From Malacoraja senta (taxonomy: Eukaryota), in assembly GCA_038087875.1 (NCBI GenBank), contig CM075996.1, positions 6,326,001 through 6,390,000 of the forward strand: 64,000 bases of DNA. The letters run 5' to 3'. Each line of letters starts with the position of its first letter. Position 1 is the stretch's first letter. The translations under genes were made by a program, and so were the position numbers. Positions 52,120 to 64,000 of the stretch are shown here, in pieces. Below the pieces are notes generated by a model. That model was not told the DNA's origin, ran no database searches, and saw nothing but the letters and a program-made list of their open reading frames with translations.

Positions 52120-53145
52120 CAAAGGGTTTCCTCATTCTTTAGGAATGAGGGTTCCCCTCTCCCATCATTGATGAGGCCCTCACTCGTGTCTCCTCGGTAC
52201 CCCACAGCTCCGCCCTTGCTCCCCCTCCCCAGAGACAGAGTCCCCCTAGTCCTTTCCTTCCACCCCATCAGTCATTACATACAACACATAATCCTCCGAC
52301 ATTTTCGCCACCTCCAACGGGATCCCACCACTAGTCACATTTTCCCATCTCCACCCCTTTCCGTCTTCCGCAGAGACCGTTCCCTCTGCAATTCCCTGGT
52401 TAACTCATCCCTTCCCACCCAAACCACCCCCTCCCCAGGTACCTTCCCCTGCAGCTGCAGAGATGCAACACCTGTCCCTATACCCCTTCCCTCGACCCTG
52501 TCCAGGTACCCCAACAGTCCTTTCAGGTTAGGCAGAGGTTCACTTGCACCTCCTCCAACCTCATCCACTGTATCCATTGTTCAAGATGTGGACTCTCATA
52601 CAGCGACGAGACCAAACGTAGACTGGGCGATCGTTTCGCTGAACACCTTCGCTCAGTCCGCCTGAACCTACCTGATCTCCCGGTTGCCAAACACTTTAAT
52701 TCTCCTTCCCATTCCCACACTGACCTTTCTGTCCTTGGCCTCTTAAAGAGTGAGGCTAAACGCAAATTGGAGGAACATATTTTCCTTGGGCGTGCTATGA
52801 ATATTGATTTCTCTAACATCAAGTAACCCCAGCATTCCCTTTCTCTCTCTCTATCCCTCCCCCATCCAAGTCGCACCAGCTTCTCGTTCACACCCAACAA
52901 ACAGCTAACATGGCCTGTTTCCTTTATCGTTACTTTTTTGCATATCTTTCATTCATTGTCCTTTATCTCTCCACATCATCGTCTATATCTCTCCTTTCCC
53001 TTTAACCTAACTAGTCTGAAGAAGGGTCTCGACCCGAACCGTCACCCATTCCTTCTCTCCAGAGATGCTGCCTGTCCCGCTGAGTTACTCCAGCATTTTG
53101 TGTCTATCTTCGGTTTAAATCAGCATCTGCAGTTCCTTCCACCAC
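52120..53145 (+). mobile_element. Penelope-like element 3' half: Cys-rich linker, degenerate GIY-YIG endonuclease, 3' UTR and hammerhead-bearing terminus
   Basis: Peptides RVPLVLSFHP...FRRDRSL, GTFPC, FTCTSSNLIHCIHCSRCG..Y..ETKRRLGDRFAEH...PVAKHFN, MNIDFS; frameshifted; followed by CTGAAGAAGGGTCTCGACCCGAAC at 53016. Confidence 0.85.
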
Positions 53146-53557
53146 ACCCAACCCACTTGGATGTTATGGTGATGACGGAACTTGGATCGTCCGTCTCCAC
53201 GGTTGTCCTGGAGGTTTCAGGAGAGAAGGTTTCACCTTCTACGCGTTTCTTGGAGGAAGGCAATGGAAGCAAATAATGACATTCAAAGTGCTGGAGGATT
53301 TCAAAGATTAGACACAGTGCTGGAGTAACTCAGCAGGTCAGGCAGCATCTCTGGGTTTAATGGATAGGTGACATTTTGGGTCGGGACCTTTCTTCAGAGT
53401 CTGAGGAAAGGTCCCAACCTGAAATGTCACCCAGTCTGAAGAAGGAATAGTGGAATTTTTAAGGCAGAGATAGATTCTTGATTAATATGGGTGTCAGAGG
53501 TTATGGGGAGAAGGCAGGAGAATGGGGTTAGGAGGGAGAGATAGATCAGCCATGATT

Positions 53558-54070
53558 AGAAACATAGAAAATAGGTGCAGGAGGAGGCCATTTGGCCCTT
53601 CGAGCCAGCACCGCCATTCATTGTGATCAAGGCTGATCGTCCCCAATCAATAACCCGTGCCTGCCTTCTCCCCATATCCCTTGATTCCATTAGCCCCTAG
53701 AGCTCTATCTAACTCTCTCTTAAATCCATCCAGTGACTTGGCCTCCACTGCCCTCTGTGGCAGGGAATTCCATAAATTCACAACTCTCTGGGTGAAAACG
53801 TTTTTTCTCACCTCAGTCTTAAATGGCCTCCCCTTTATTCTAAGACTGTGGCCCCTGGTTCTGGACTCGCCCAACAGTGGTAACATTTTTCCTGCATCTA
53901 GCTTGTCCAGTCCTTTTATAATTTTGTATGTTTCTATAAGATGCCCCTTCATCCTTCTAAACTCCAGTGAATACAAGCCTAGTCTTTTCAACCTTTCCTC
54001 ATATGACAGTCCCGCCATCCCAGGGATCAATCTCGTGAACCTACGCTGCACTGCCTCAATCACAAGGATG
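53558..54070 (-). mobile_element. CR1/HER1 LINE 3' fragment, little decayed
   Basis: Intact 138-aa C-terminal ORF (QRRFTRLIPGMAGLSYEERLKRLGLYSLEFRR); very similar to the 48737-49340 copy. Confidence 0.9.
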
Positions 54071-57000
54071 CCCTTTGAATGGCGGAGTAGACTTGATGGG
54101 CCGAATGGCCTAATACCGCTCCTATACCTTATGACTTGATGACAAGGATCCGGACCCGAAACGTCGCCTATCCTTATTAATCATTTCCTCCAGAGATGCT
54201 GCCTGGCATGCTGCGTTACTCCAGCACTTTGGTATAAACCAGCATCTGCAGTTCTTTGTGTTGTGCGCGCTGGAGGAACTCAGCGGGTCAGGCAGTATCT
54301 GTGGGGGGTGAACGGGCAGACGATGTTTCAGGTCTGGATCCATTTCCATCCTGAAGCGACAAAATCGCCTGCCCATTTCCCTCCACGGATGCTGCCTGTC
54401 TTCCAACACATTGTATTTTGCTGAAGATTCGGAGTCTGCAGTCGCTTGTGTCTTTAGAAAATAACAAGATATTTTACAGAAATAAACATATCATGTGATA
54501 GTGTTGATGCTCCCAGACATCAGGTCCGCGAGGTCTGAACACTCCCCGGGGACAGTTCCCACAGAGTCTCCCTGGGGTACAGTTCTCCCTGGGTTACAAT
54601 TCCCCATTGTCTCTCCCCGTGTTACAGTTCCTGCTGGCTCTCTCTGGGATCCTGTTTAACTTAGTTTAGAGACAGCACGAAAACAGGCCCTTCGGCACCT
54701 ACTTGCCCAACATGCCCCCATCTACACCAGTCCCAACTGCCTGCGTTTGGCCCACAGCCCTCTCAACCTGTCCTATCCATGTACCTGTCCAAATGTTTCC
54801 TAAACGTCAGGATAGTGCCTGCCTCAACTATCCATGCCGACCATTCACGCTCGTTCTCTGCTATCCCACTTTCTCACCCACTCCCTACACACGAGGGACA
54901 ATTTGCAGACGGACAATTGACCTGCAAACCCGCACGTCTTTGGGGTGCGGGAGGAGGCCAGAGCACCCGGAGGAAACCCACGTGGTCATAGGGAGAACGT
55001 GCAAACTCCACCCAGGCAGCACCCGAGGTCAGGATTGCATTCGATTACCTTGGCGCTGTGAGGCAGCAGCTCTACCCGCCGCACCTTCAAACGGAATAAC
55101 AATTGGATTCGAGGCAATATTATACAAATATTTAAGTAATTTTTATTGCTGCTACAAAAATTGTTGAATTCCAGTTTGGCATACGAGAAATGCTTTAGAC
55201 TAGATAAATAATATTTACATTAAAGTTACACAGACAATGTACAGTTATACACGAGGCCCACTCAGCCTGACGGATTCTGATGCCAGGAAACATAGGTGCA
55301 GGAGTAGGCCATTCGGCCCTTCGAGCCAGCACCGCCATTCAGTGTGATCATGGCTGATCATCCTAAATCAGTACCCTGTTCCTGCTTTCTCCCCATATCC
55401 CCTGATTCCGTTAGCCACTTGATGTCTGTTAGGGAGTACAAGGTTTTGCTGGCGTTCAGTGCTGTTGGGTACTTGGGGAAAATAAAATGGTATCAGGAAA
55501 CGAGACAGCATAATCTGACAAAGAAACAAAGAGCCTGCAGGGGAATATATCTAGGTTAAGTGAGTGGGTGGGGGGGGGGGGGTGGGGGGGGGGGGGGAAG
55601 ACATTGGAGGATAGAATATAATTTGGGAAACTCTGCTTTGGTTGGAATGGAAAAATAGAATATTGCTTTAACTGGGAAAGATTACAGAATACTGCTGAAC
55701 AAAAGGCTCTCCCCTTCCTCACACACAAGACACAGGAGGGTAACACGATGCACTGCAAGTAATTAGGAAGGTCAATGGGATCGTTGTAGGTGGATGGAGG
55801 ATAGCTTAGTTTAGAGATACAGCGCGGAAACAGGCCCATTCGGCCCACCGAGTCCGCGGCAACACTATCCTACACACACCAGAAACATTTCTTTTTAACC
55901 ATTTATACCAAGCCAATTAACCTGCACGTCTTTGGAGTGTGGGAGGAAACCGAAGATCTCAGAGAAAACCCACGCAGGTCACGGGAGGTACGTACGAACT
56001 CCACACAGACAAGCACCCGTAGTGGGGATTGAACCCGGGTCTCTGGTGCTGTAAGGCAGCAGTTCTAACGACAAGCCACCCTGCCGCCCAAACAACTAAA
56101 TAACTAAATCAAATTCGGACACATTCTGAGCCAGCGCAGGCATGAGCTGGCTTGTTTTACTCGAGGAGCTGCAAGATATGAAGTTGGGATTCTTATCTTT
56201 TGACGCCTGGCGATTCTTTCTGGCGACTAGTATATTATCTGTAAGTACAACTACTAAACACATCTGAAATGCATACCTAAGATGTATCAAAGTGCTTCTG
56301 TATAATTATACCTATAATGTATTACTTATATAACATAATTATATAATATAAAATAATATATAATAACATATCATATAATGTGCACTTGGATAAGTATACT
56401 TGTACTGGACTTTATCCCCAAATGAATTTCACTGTACCTCGGTACATGTGACAATGAAGTTCCATTGATGGAAGTACCATTATAGACACTAAATGCTGGA
56501 GTAACTCAGCGGGACAGGCAGCATCTCTGGAGAGAAGGAATGGGTGACATTTCGGGTTGAAGTCTGAAGAAGGGTCTCGACCCGAAACGTCACCCATTCC
56601 TTCTCTCCAGAGATGCTGCCTGTCCCGTTGAGTAACTCCAGCATTTTGGCGACTATCTTCGGTGTCAATCAGCATCTGCAGTTCCTTCCTTCACAAGAAA
56701 GTACCATTGATAGGGCTTTATCCCACACTCTGCTTGCCTCCGATCTGGCAGATGAAGCTGTTCGAGAGTCTGCCTCATATAATCGCACCCACTTTGAGCT
56801 TGGCGGTGAAGCATGTGTAAAGGGTGGCGTTGGCAAGTTTGTGAATGTACCTTCAGTGTGCATGTCCTAGCTGGACACAAAACGCTGGAGTAACTCAGCG
56901 GGACAGGTGGCATCTCTGGAGAGAAGGAATGGGTGGCGTTTCGGGACGAGACCCTTCTTCAGACTGTTCAGTCTCGAAAGGGTCAGAAAGGTCTCGCCCC

Positions 57001-57700
57001 GAAACGTCCTGCTGCTTTTTCTAGTCCTTCTTCCCTGTGGCTATCAAACAGTACAACTCCACCCCCCACTTCTGTATGGGGGTAGACTGACCCTCCTCCC
57101 TCTCCTCCCCTCCCTCCCCAATCTTTACGCATCCTTTCCACTCGTCACTTTAATTTCATGTTTCATGTATCTTGTTGCGTTTTATGGACTTGTTGGTTTA
57201 TTTTCCCTCCTGGATAAATAAAGTTCTATCGCATGAAGCTGTAACTCGGAGCACAGGACCATTCAGCCTCTTGAGTCCGCTACGGCATTAACTGGTATGG
57301 CTCCAATAGCCAGCCATTGACATTGATGCCAAGAGTGTGGACAGAAGGTACATCGTTCGAACAGCGAGATCCCGAATGCCGATGATCTGATTCCTATTAT
57401 ACATCAAACCATTCATTCACTTTATCTTTTCAATGGTGACCTTGGATAAATAGAGGTGTTAGCCAGCTGAACACCTTGTGCTACAGTGCAATCAAGCATC
57501 AGGTAACCATGGAGCGACTGAGTCAACAGATTCATTGCATCAATAGTCGCGTGTCTTCAACACTGGTGAGGGAGGTGAGCGGGGTAATCGGCCGAGACTG
57601 GAGGGAACTGCAGGCGCCTGCGTCATGGCCGGTGGTGTCGCATGAAGTTCTGGGCTCGGGATGGGTTGCCCGGGTCTGTCCTGCACAGTCCATGAGTCCT

Positions 57701-57819
57701 CTAGAAGTTGGTCTGCCTGTTCTGGTAGTTGAGGTACGGGTCCTGCAGGAAGGGTGTCGGGTAGTAGCTGGACTTGGTCTGTGGACGAGGGATGGCGAAC
57801 TCGGCAGCACGGTGTACAC
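57701..57819 (-). CDS. GPRC5-like terminal coding exon (GVHRAAEFAIPRPQTKSSYYPTPFLQDPYLNYQNRQTNF*)
   Basis: TGTTGTAG acceptor; EFAIPR resembles GPRC5A EFSIPR; TAG at 57703-57701; frame is 1 nt off relative to the 59027 exon. Confidence 0.75.
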
Positions 57820-58790
57820 CTACAACACACAGGGTAGAAGCGGATTAGAGGCAGCAATAATGAATGGCCATCCTCCACACGTGGAACCAGGGCAGAAGCT
57901 AAATGCCCCATAGACTTGCACTAAATGTTATTCTCTTTAGCTGCATGCTGCCTTCAGGGATCTGCTGCCATTTCTCTGCTGATGTTTTTCCAAAGTGTGA
58001 ATAATATAAAGCTTAACCATTGTCATAAGCTCATTCATGAGGTCATAAGTGATAGGAGTAGAATTTGGCCATTCGGCTCATCAAGTCAACTCCGCCATTC
58101 AATCATGGCTGATCTACCTCTCCCTCCTAATCCCATTCTCCTGCCCTCTCCCTGCAACCTCTGACACCCGTACTAATCAAGAATCTATCTACTGTATCTC
58201 TGCCTTAAAAACATCCACTGGACTTGGCCTCCGCTGCCTTCTGTGGCAAAGAATTCCACAGATTCACCACCCTCCAACTAAAGAAGGTTGCAAAGAAGCA
58301 GTAACTCAGAGTGCAGGACCACTCAGCCTCTTGAGTCCATTAAGACATCAACTGGGTCGTGGATGATCGGAAGCAACTGCAACAAACACTGTTCCATTGG
58401 GGTATAGTGTAGTTTAGAGATACAGCGCAGAAGCAGCCCTTCGGCCCGCCGGGTCCACGCCGACCAGCGATCCCCGCGCACCAACACTATCCTATTACAA
58501 TTACAATGATACCAAAGCCAATTAGCCTAAAAATCCTCTATGTCTCCGGGAAACCGGAGATCCCGGAGAAAAGCCATGCAGGCCACGGGGAGAATGTACA
58601 AACTCCGTACAGACAAGGACCCGTGGTCAGAATCGAACCGGGACTCTGGCGCAGTGATGCAGCAACCGAGTGCCACCATGCCGCCCCTATAGCCCTTATG
58701 GTTATTAGGCACTTCCTGTCCTTTGCCCGACGAAAGCCCACTGATGCTGAGTGAATAGGAAGTGGACTATAAAGGCTGGAAGTGGGTTAA

Positions 58791-59007
58791 GCCCTGTCGC
58801 ACTTTCACGACCTAATTCACGACCTTTTTTACTCGTGGACATTTTTCATCAGGCTAGAAAAAACGCCCCGACCTACTTGATGCCACGAGTAACCACGACC
58901 TACCGACGGCCTCCCACGACCTACCTACGTGACGACCTCGCTGCGAGTATGAGTCAAGGGCAAACTCGGCTGAGGTCGCGAATTAGGTCGTGAAAGTGGG
59001 ACAGGGG
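58791..59007. mobile_element. ~217-bp MITE with ~35-bp TIRs
   Basis: CCCTGTC(G/C)CACTTTCACGACCTAATTC(A/G)CGACCT inverted at both ends; internal CGACCT sub-repeats. Confidence 0.8.
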
Positions 59008-59026
59008 TTATTAAGTGGGTACTTAC

Positions 59027-59097
59027 ATTGTTTTCCAAAGGGATGTTGCTGCTGTAGGCGGGTGAGGAGGCAATACTAGAACGACTCAAGGGGAATA
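59027..59097 (-). CDS. GPRC5-like small internal exon (VFPLSRSSIASSPAYSSNIPLENN)
   Basis: TTTTCCTCCACAG acceptor and GTAAGT donor on -; 71 nt, phase 1 in, 0 out, as recalled for the small penultimate GPRC5A/D exon. Confidence 0.75.
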
Positions 59098-62000
59098 CTG
59101 TGGAGGAAAATAAATGGGTGAGTGAAAGCTTAAAGAGTGTTTTTTGTAACCCATTCCAGTTGGGTTTCGTTTTTTTTCTAGTTTAGAGATACAGCATGGA
59201 GTCGGCGCCGACCAGCGATCCCCGCACACCAACACGGTCCTACACACAATCTACAAATTAACCTACAAACCTGTACATCTTTGGAGTGTAGGAGGAAACC
59301 GGAGCACCCAGAGAAAACCCACGCAGGTCACGGGGTGAATGTGCTAACTCCGTACAGACAGCACCCGTAGTCAGGATCAAACCCGGGTCTCTGGCGCTGT
59401 GAGGCAGCAACTATACTGCTGTGCCCCTGTGCCACCATTTACCAGAACCTCCCACCAATATCTTAACCCCTTTACACAAACAAACCCCCAACACCAATAC
59501 ACAACCGTGCAATCACCTCTACTCTTGTAGAAATCCCAAGGACGCCACTAGCACTCAGAAGAGACCAGACAAGAATTTCTCACCAACTACCAGTTTCATG
59601 TACAAAATCATGAGAGGAATAGATCGGGAATAGACGCACAGAGTCTCTTGCCCAGAGTAGGGGAATCGAGAACCAGAGGACATAGGTTTAAGGCGAGGGG
59701 AGAAAGATTTAATAACAATCTGTGGGGTCACTTTTTCACACAAAGGGTGGTGGATGTATGGAACGAGCTGCTGGAGGAGGTTGTTGAGGCAGGGACTATC
59801 ACAAGGTTTAAGAAACATTTGGAGAGGTACGTGGATAGGACTGGTTTAGGGGGTTATGGGCCAAACGCAGGCAAGTGGGGCTAGTCTAGACGGGGCATGT
59901 TGGGCAAGTTGGGCTGAAGGGCCTGTTTTTCACGCTGTATGACTCTAAGAGAAGTGAAACAACTCTTTGCAGTTTTAAAAAAAAATGAGGGGGGTCTGAT
60001 TGAAATATGTGAGATCTTGAAGGGGTTGGACAGGGTAGATGTTTGAGATGTTCTCAGTAGTGGGAGAGTCGGAAACGAGATAAAAGCTCCAATCATTTAA
60101 AGGAGGGATGTGTAGACATTTCTTTGTAGAAAGGGCGGTGGATCTCTGGAATTCCGTGGGTGGATAATTTGAAAGTATTTAGGGTGGAGATGGATGAGTC
60201 TACAGAAGATGGGAATTGAAAGCTAAATGGAATGGGCGTTGAGAAGGAGGGACTGGGACAGATCAGCCATGATCACATTGAAAGGCTGGAACTGGTTTGA
60301 GAGGCCGAGTGGCCTACTATCCTACTGGCTTTTTGGGTACTCCAATGGAAAAGGCAGACTCCAGTGATGTGTAGGACGGAACTGCAGATGCTGGTGTACA
60401 CTGAAGACAGACGCAAAGTGCTGGAGTAACTCAGGCGGGTCAGGCAGCATCGTCTGGAGAAAAGGAATAGGTGACGTTTCAGGTCAGAACCCTTCTTCAG
60501 ACTCTGAATGCAGAATGGAAACAGGCCCTTTGACTCCCTGAGTCCCTGTCAGCTCTTGATCACATGTCCCCACTAAAGATAGACATAAAGAGCTATGTTT
60601 CCATTTAGAATCATTTGCACTGGAATACCAATTTAATAATTCACAGCTGGGAGATTAAGTTTTGCATCATAAGTTAGCGATTCTTAGATAACATGGATAC
60701 ACACAGTTTCATTTATTTCAACATGATATTATTGTTCACTTATTTACCTAGCAACAGTGCCTTACATTCCACATTATCAAAACCATTCTATGGAGCAAGA
60801 ATGATCAACCTCTACCAACAATTCAGTTTACTTTAGAGAGACTGCATGGAAACAGGCCCTCCAGCCCACTGGGTTCATGCCAACCATTGATCACCCATGC
60901 ACACTGGTTCTATGTTGTCCCACTTTCTCATGCACTCCCTACATACTAGGGGGGCAATTCTATACAAGCCGATTAACCTACAAAGCCGTATATCTTTGGG
61001 AGGAAGCCGGGAGCACCCAAAGGAAACCCATGCGGTCACAGGGAGAACATGCAAACTCCACACAGAGAGCACCCAAGGTCAGGGTTGAACCCCGGGTCTC
61101 TGGCACTGTGACATCACGGTGACCTGGCATCAGGAGCACCCAGTGATCTGTTAAAACTACAAACGCTATCTAAGAGGAAAAATCCCGTCCTGAAACCATG
61201 TTGGACACAAAATGCCGGAGAAACTCAGCAGGTCAGACTGCTCAGTCTGAAGAAGGGTCCTGACCCAAAACATCACCGATCCTTTCTTTCCAGAGATGCT
61301 GCTTGACTCGCTGAGTTACTCCAGCATTTTGTGTCTATCTTTGGTGTAAACCGACATCCGCAATTCTTTATTTCTATCTATCCGTGTTCTCCTGAGATGC
61401 TGCCTGAGCTACTCCAGCACTCTGTGTTTTATTTTGAAAAACCAGCATCTGCAGTTCATTGTTTCTACTTAGAACGCCACTTAGAACTCAGCAAACTCCG
61501 AAACCATCCAGGAGTTCCACTGAGTCAGTGCACGGACCCGTCCCACATAGTGCAGTGGGTGAGGCTGCTGGAATCTAAGTAAAGATCCTAACGTCTCAAA
61601 ACTCTATAACGTTCTGAAGAAGAATCCTGACCCGAAACGTCACCCATTCTTTTTCTCCAGATTCAACCTGACCCGCTGCGTTACTCCAGCACTTTGTGTC
61701 TATCTCTAATATTATAGTCCGTGTTTTAGACGTCAGGGTTCAGTGATGAACCTGCCCCATTCACACCATGTATCGGAGTATCGGACAGAATAGCCAGGGA
61801 ACGCAAGGTCATAAGTATAGGAGTAGAATTAGGCCATTCGGATGTATTGTAGCCATTTGTATACGCATAAGGATACAATACACCTGTGTGTGTGTGTGCG
61901 TGTGGTCATAAGCGATAGGAGCGGAATTGGGCCATTTGGTCCATAAAGTTTACTCCGCCATTCAATCATGGCTGATCTATCTATCTCTCCCTCCTAACCC

Positions 62001-62679
62001 CATTCTCCTGCCTTCTCCCCATAACCCCTGACACCCGTACTAATCAAGAATCTATCTGTCTCTGCCTTCAAAATATCCACTGACTTGGCCTCCACAGCCT
62101 TTGCGGCAAAGAATTCCACAGATTCACCGCCCTCTGACTAAATGTTGCAGAGAAGAAACTGTATGGGACGGTATCATAGAAACATAGAATACAGGTGCAG
62201 GAGTAGGCCATTCGGCCCTTCGAGCCAGCACCGCCATTTAATATGCTCATGGCTGATCATCCCAAATCAGAATCCTGTTCCTGCTTTCTCCCCATATCCC
62301 TTGATTCCGTTAGCCCCAAGAGCCAAATCTAGCTCTCTCTTGAAAACATCCAGTGAATTGGCCTCCACTGCCTTCAGTGGCAGAGAATGTATCATTAACA
62401 ATCAGTGTAATTCTATAGCACAATAGGTTGATTAAACCTACCCTCATATCAAACCTCGATTCCCCTGCTCTGGGCAAGAGACTACGTGTGTCTACCCAAT
62501 CTAGTTCTCTCATGGTTTTGTACACCTCTATAAGATCACCTCTCATCCTCCTGCGCTCCAAGGAGTAGAGTCCTAATTTGCTGAACCTCTCCCTGGAGCT
62601 CAGGCCTTCGAGTCCTGGCAAAATCCTCGTAAATCGTCTCTGCACCCTTTCCAGCCTGGCAACATTGATCGGACTTCTC

Positions 62680-63210
62680 AATACGACATATGATGAAAGA
62701 ATGGGTCAACTGGGCTTGTATTCACTGGAATCTAGAATGATGAGAGGGAATCTTATAGAAACATATAAAATTCTTAAGGGATTGGACAGGCTAAATGCAG
62801 GAAAAATGTTCCCCACGTTGGGGGAGTCCAGAACCAGGGGTCACAGTGTAAGAATAAGGAGGGGAGGCCATTTAGGACTGAGATGAGGAAAAGCTTTTTC
62901 ACCCAGAGAGTTGTGAATCTGTGGAATTCTCTGCCACAGAAGGCAGTGGAGGCCAATTCACTGGATGTTTTCAAGAGGGAGTTAGATATAGATGTTAGGG
63001 GTAATAAAATCAAGGGATAAGGGGAGAAAGCAGGAAAGGGGTACTGATTTTGGATGATCAGCCATGATCATATTGAATGGCGGTGCTGGCTCGAAGAGCC
63101 GAATGGCCCACTCCTGCACCCGCTGGCAGGAGTAACCCCTGCTCCTACTGGCTCGAAGGGCCGAATGGCCTACTCTTGCACCTATTTTTCATGTTCCTAT
63201 GTTTCTATGT
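62680..63210 (+). mobile_element. CR1/HER1 LINE 3' fragment (next to oppositely oriented CR1 pieces ~61900-62665)
   Basis: YDERMGQLGLYSLESRMMRGNLIETYKILKGLDR and typical 3' tail. Confidence 0.85.
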
Positions 63211-63554
63211 TTAGTTTAGAGAAACAGGCCCTTCGGCCCACCGAGGCCGCGCCGACCAGCGATCCCCGGACATTAACACTATCGAACACACACTAGGGAC
63301 AATTTTTACACATACAACAAACTAATTAACCTACATACCTGTACGTCTTTGGAGAGTGGGAGGAAACCGAAGATCTCGGAGAAAATCCACGCGGGTCACG
63401 GGAGAACGTACAAACTCCGTACAGACAAGCACCCGTAGTGGGGATCGAACTCGGGTCTCCGGTGCTGCAAGTGCTGTAAGGCAGCAATTCTACCGCTGCG
63501 CCACCATACCGCCTTATGTCTATGTTTAGTATATTCTGACTTCTGGTCACTCAC

Positions 63555-64000
63555 CTCTGCCTGGCTCCTCATAGGCAAACATCTGGTTGTCCACGCCACC
63601 CAAGGCGACACTGCGCGGGTTCGGGGGCGCGCTCTCCATGGGTCCGTCTTCGGTCTTGGCCGGGCAGGTGATGTGGCGGAGCTGGGGGATGATGTAGAAG
63701 AGGAGGAAGACCCAGCCGTTGGCCACTAGGGCGATGCTGAGGGCGGGGTCGTCCCAGGCGGGGCTCCTGCCCAACGAGGCGTTGCCCCTCACCAACATGA
63801 CGATCCACACCACCCAGATGGCGATGGAGAGCAACATGGTGACAAAGACGTGCGCCCCGTACTTCTTCCACTTGGGGTACTGGCCGCAGAGGTGAACATG
63901 GACAGGATGAAGGTGAGGGCCATCAGGAACATGACGTAGATGAGCAGCATGGTGAAGCCGGCGCTGTTGTATTGGCAGGGGCCACCGAAGCTGACGATGA
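63555..64000 (-). CDS. GPRC5A/GPRC5D-like orphan class C GPCR, main 7TM exon (TM5-TM7 and start of tail; continues beyond window); -1 shift near 63891
   Basis: Translation LLIYVMFLMALTF...LCG..KWKKYGAHVFVTMLLSIAIWVVWI...WDDPALSIALVANGWVFLLFYIIP matches recalled GPRC5A/5D; GTGAGT donor at 63554 (phase 1). A versus D not resolvable. Confidence 0.9.

Noticed and set aside
56300..56400. Extremely AT-rich stretch as a regulatory element
   Set aside because: Looks like a degenerate (TA)n low-complexity tract with no further support.
57197..57202. AATAAA on - as the GPRC5-like polyA signal
   Set aside because: Falls inside a repeat-tail-like sequence; cannot be distinguished from chance.

Overview
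Eukaryotic, repeat-rich vertebrate DNA. HE1-type V-SINEs plus CR1/HER1 LINE pieces point to a cartilaginous fish, probably a skate or ray (inference). Two convergent protein-coding genes are visible, both truncated by the window edges. (1) A CNOT3-like gene (CCR4-NOT subunit 3) on +: 14 coding exons reconstructed by hand from 1163 to 33547, with a polyA signal at 33841; its 5' exons lie upstream of the window. (2) A GPRC5A/GPRC5D-like orphan class C GPCR on -: last three coding exons at 64000-63555, 59097-59027 and 57819-57701. Four single-base deficits, in or next to short G/C runs, break the frames of both genes in the right half of the window; these are most likely consensus errors. Introns and the intergenic region are full of HE1 SINEs, CR1 and Rex1/Babar fragments, MITEs and Penelope-like element (PLE) pieces. 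The most notable non-coding signal is a high-copy ~180-230 bp palindromic mini-element built from PLE termini. It carries minimal hammerhead-ribozyme cores (CUGAAGA...GAAACGUC) and is often flanked by 10-20 bp target-site duplications. Homology calls come from recalled sequences, not database searches; repeat boundaries are approximate.
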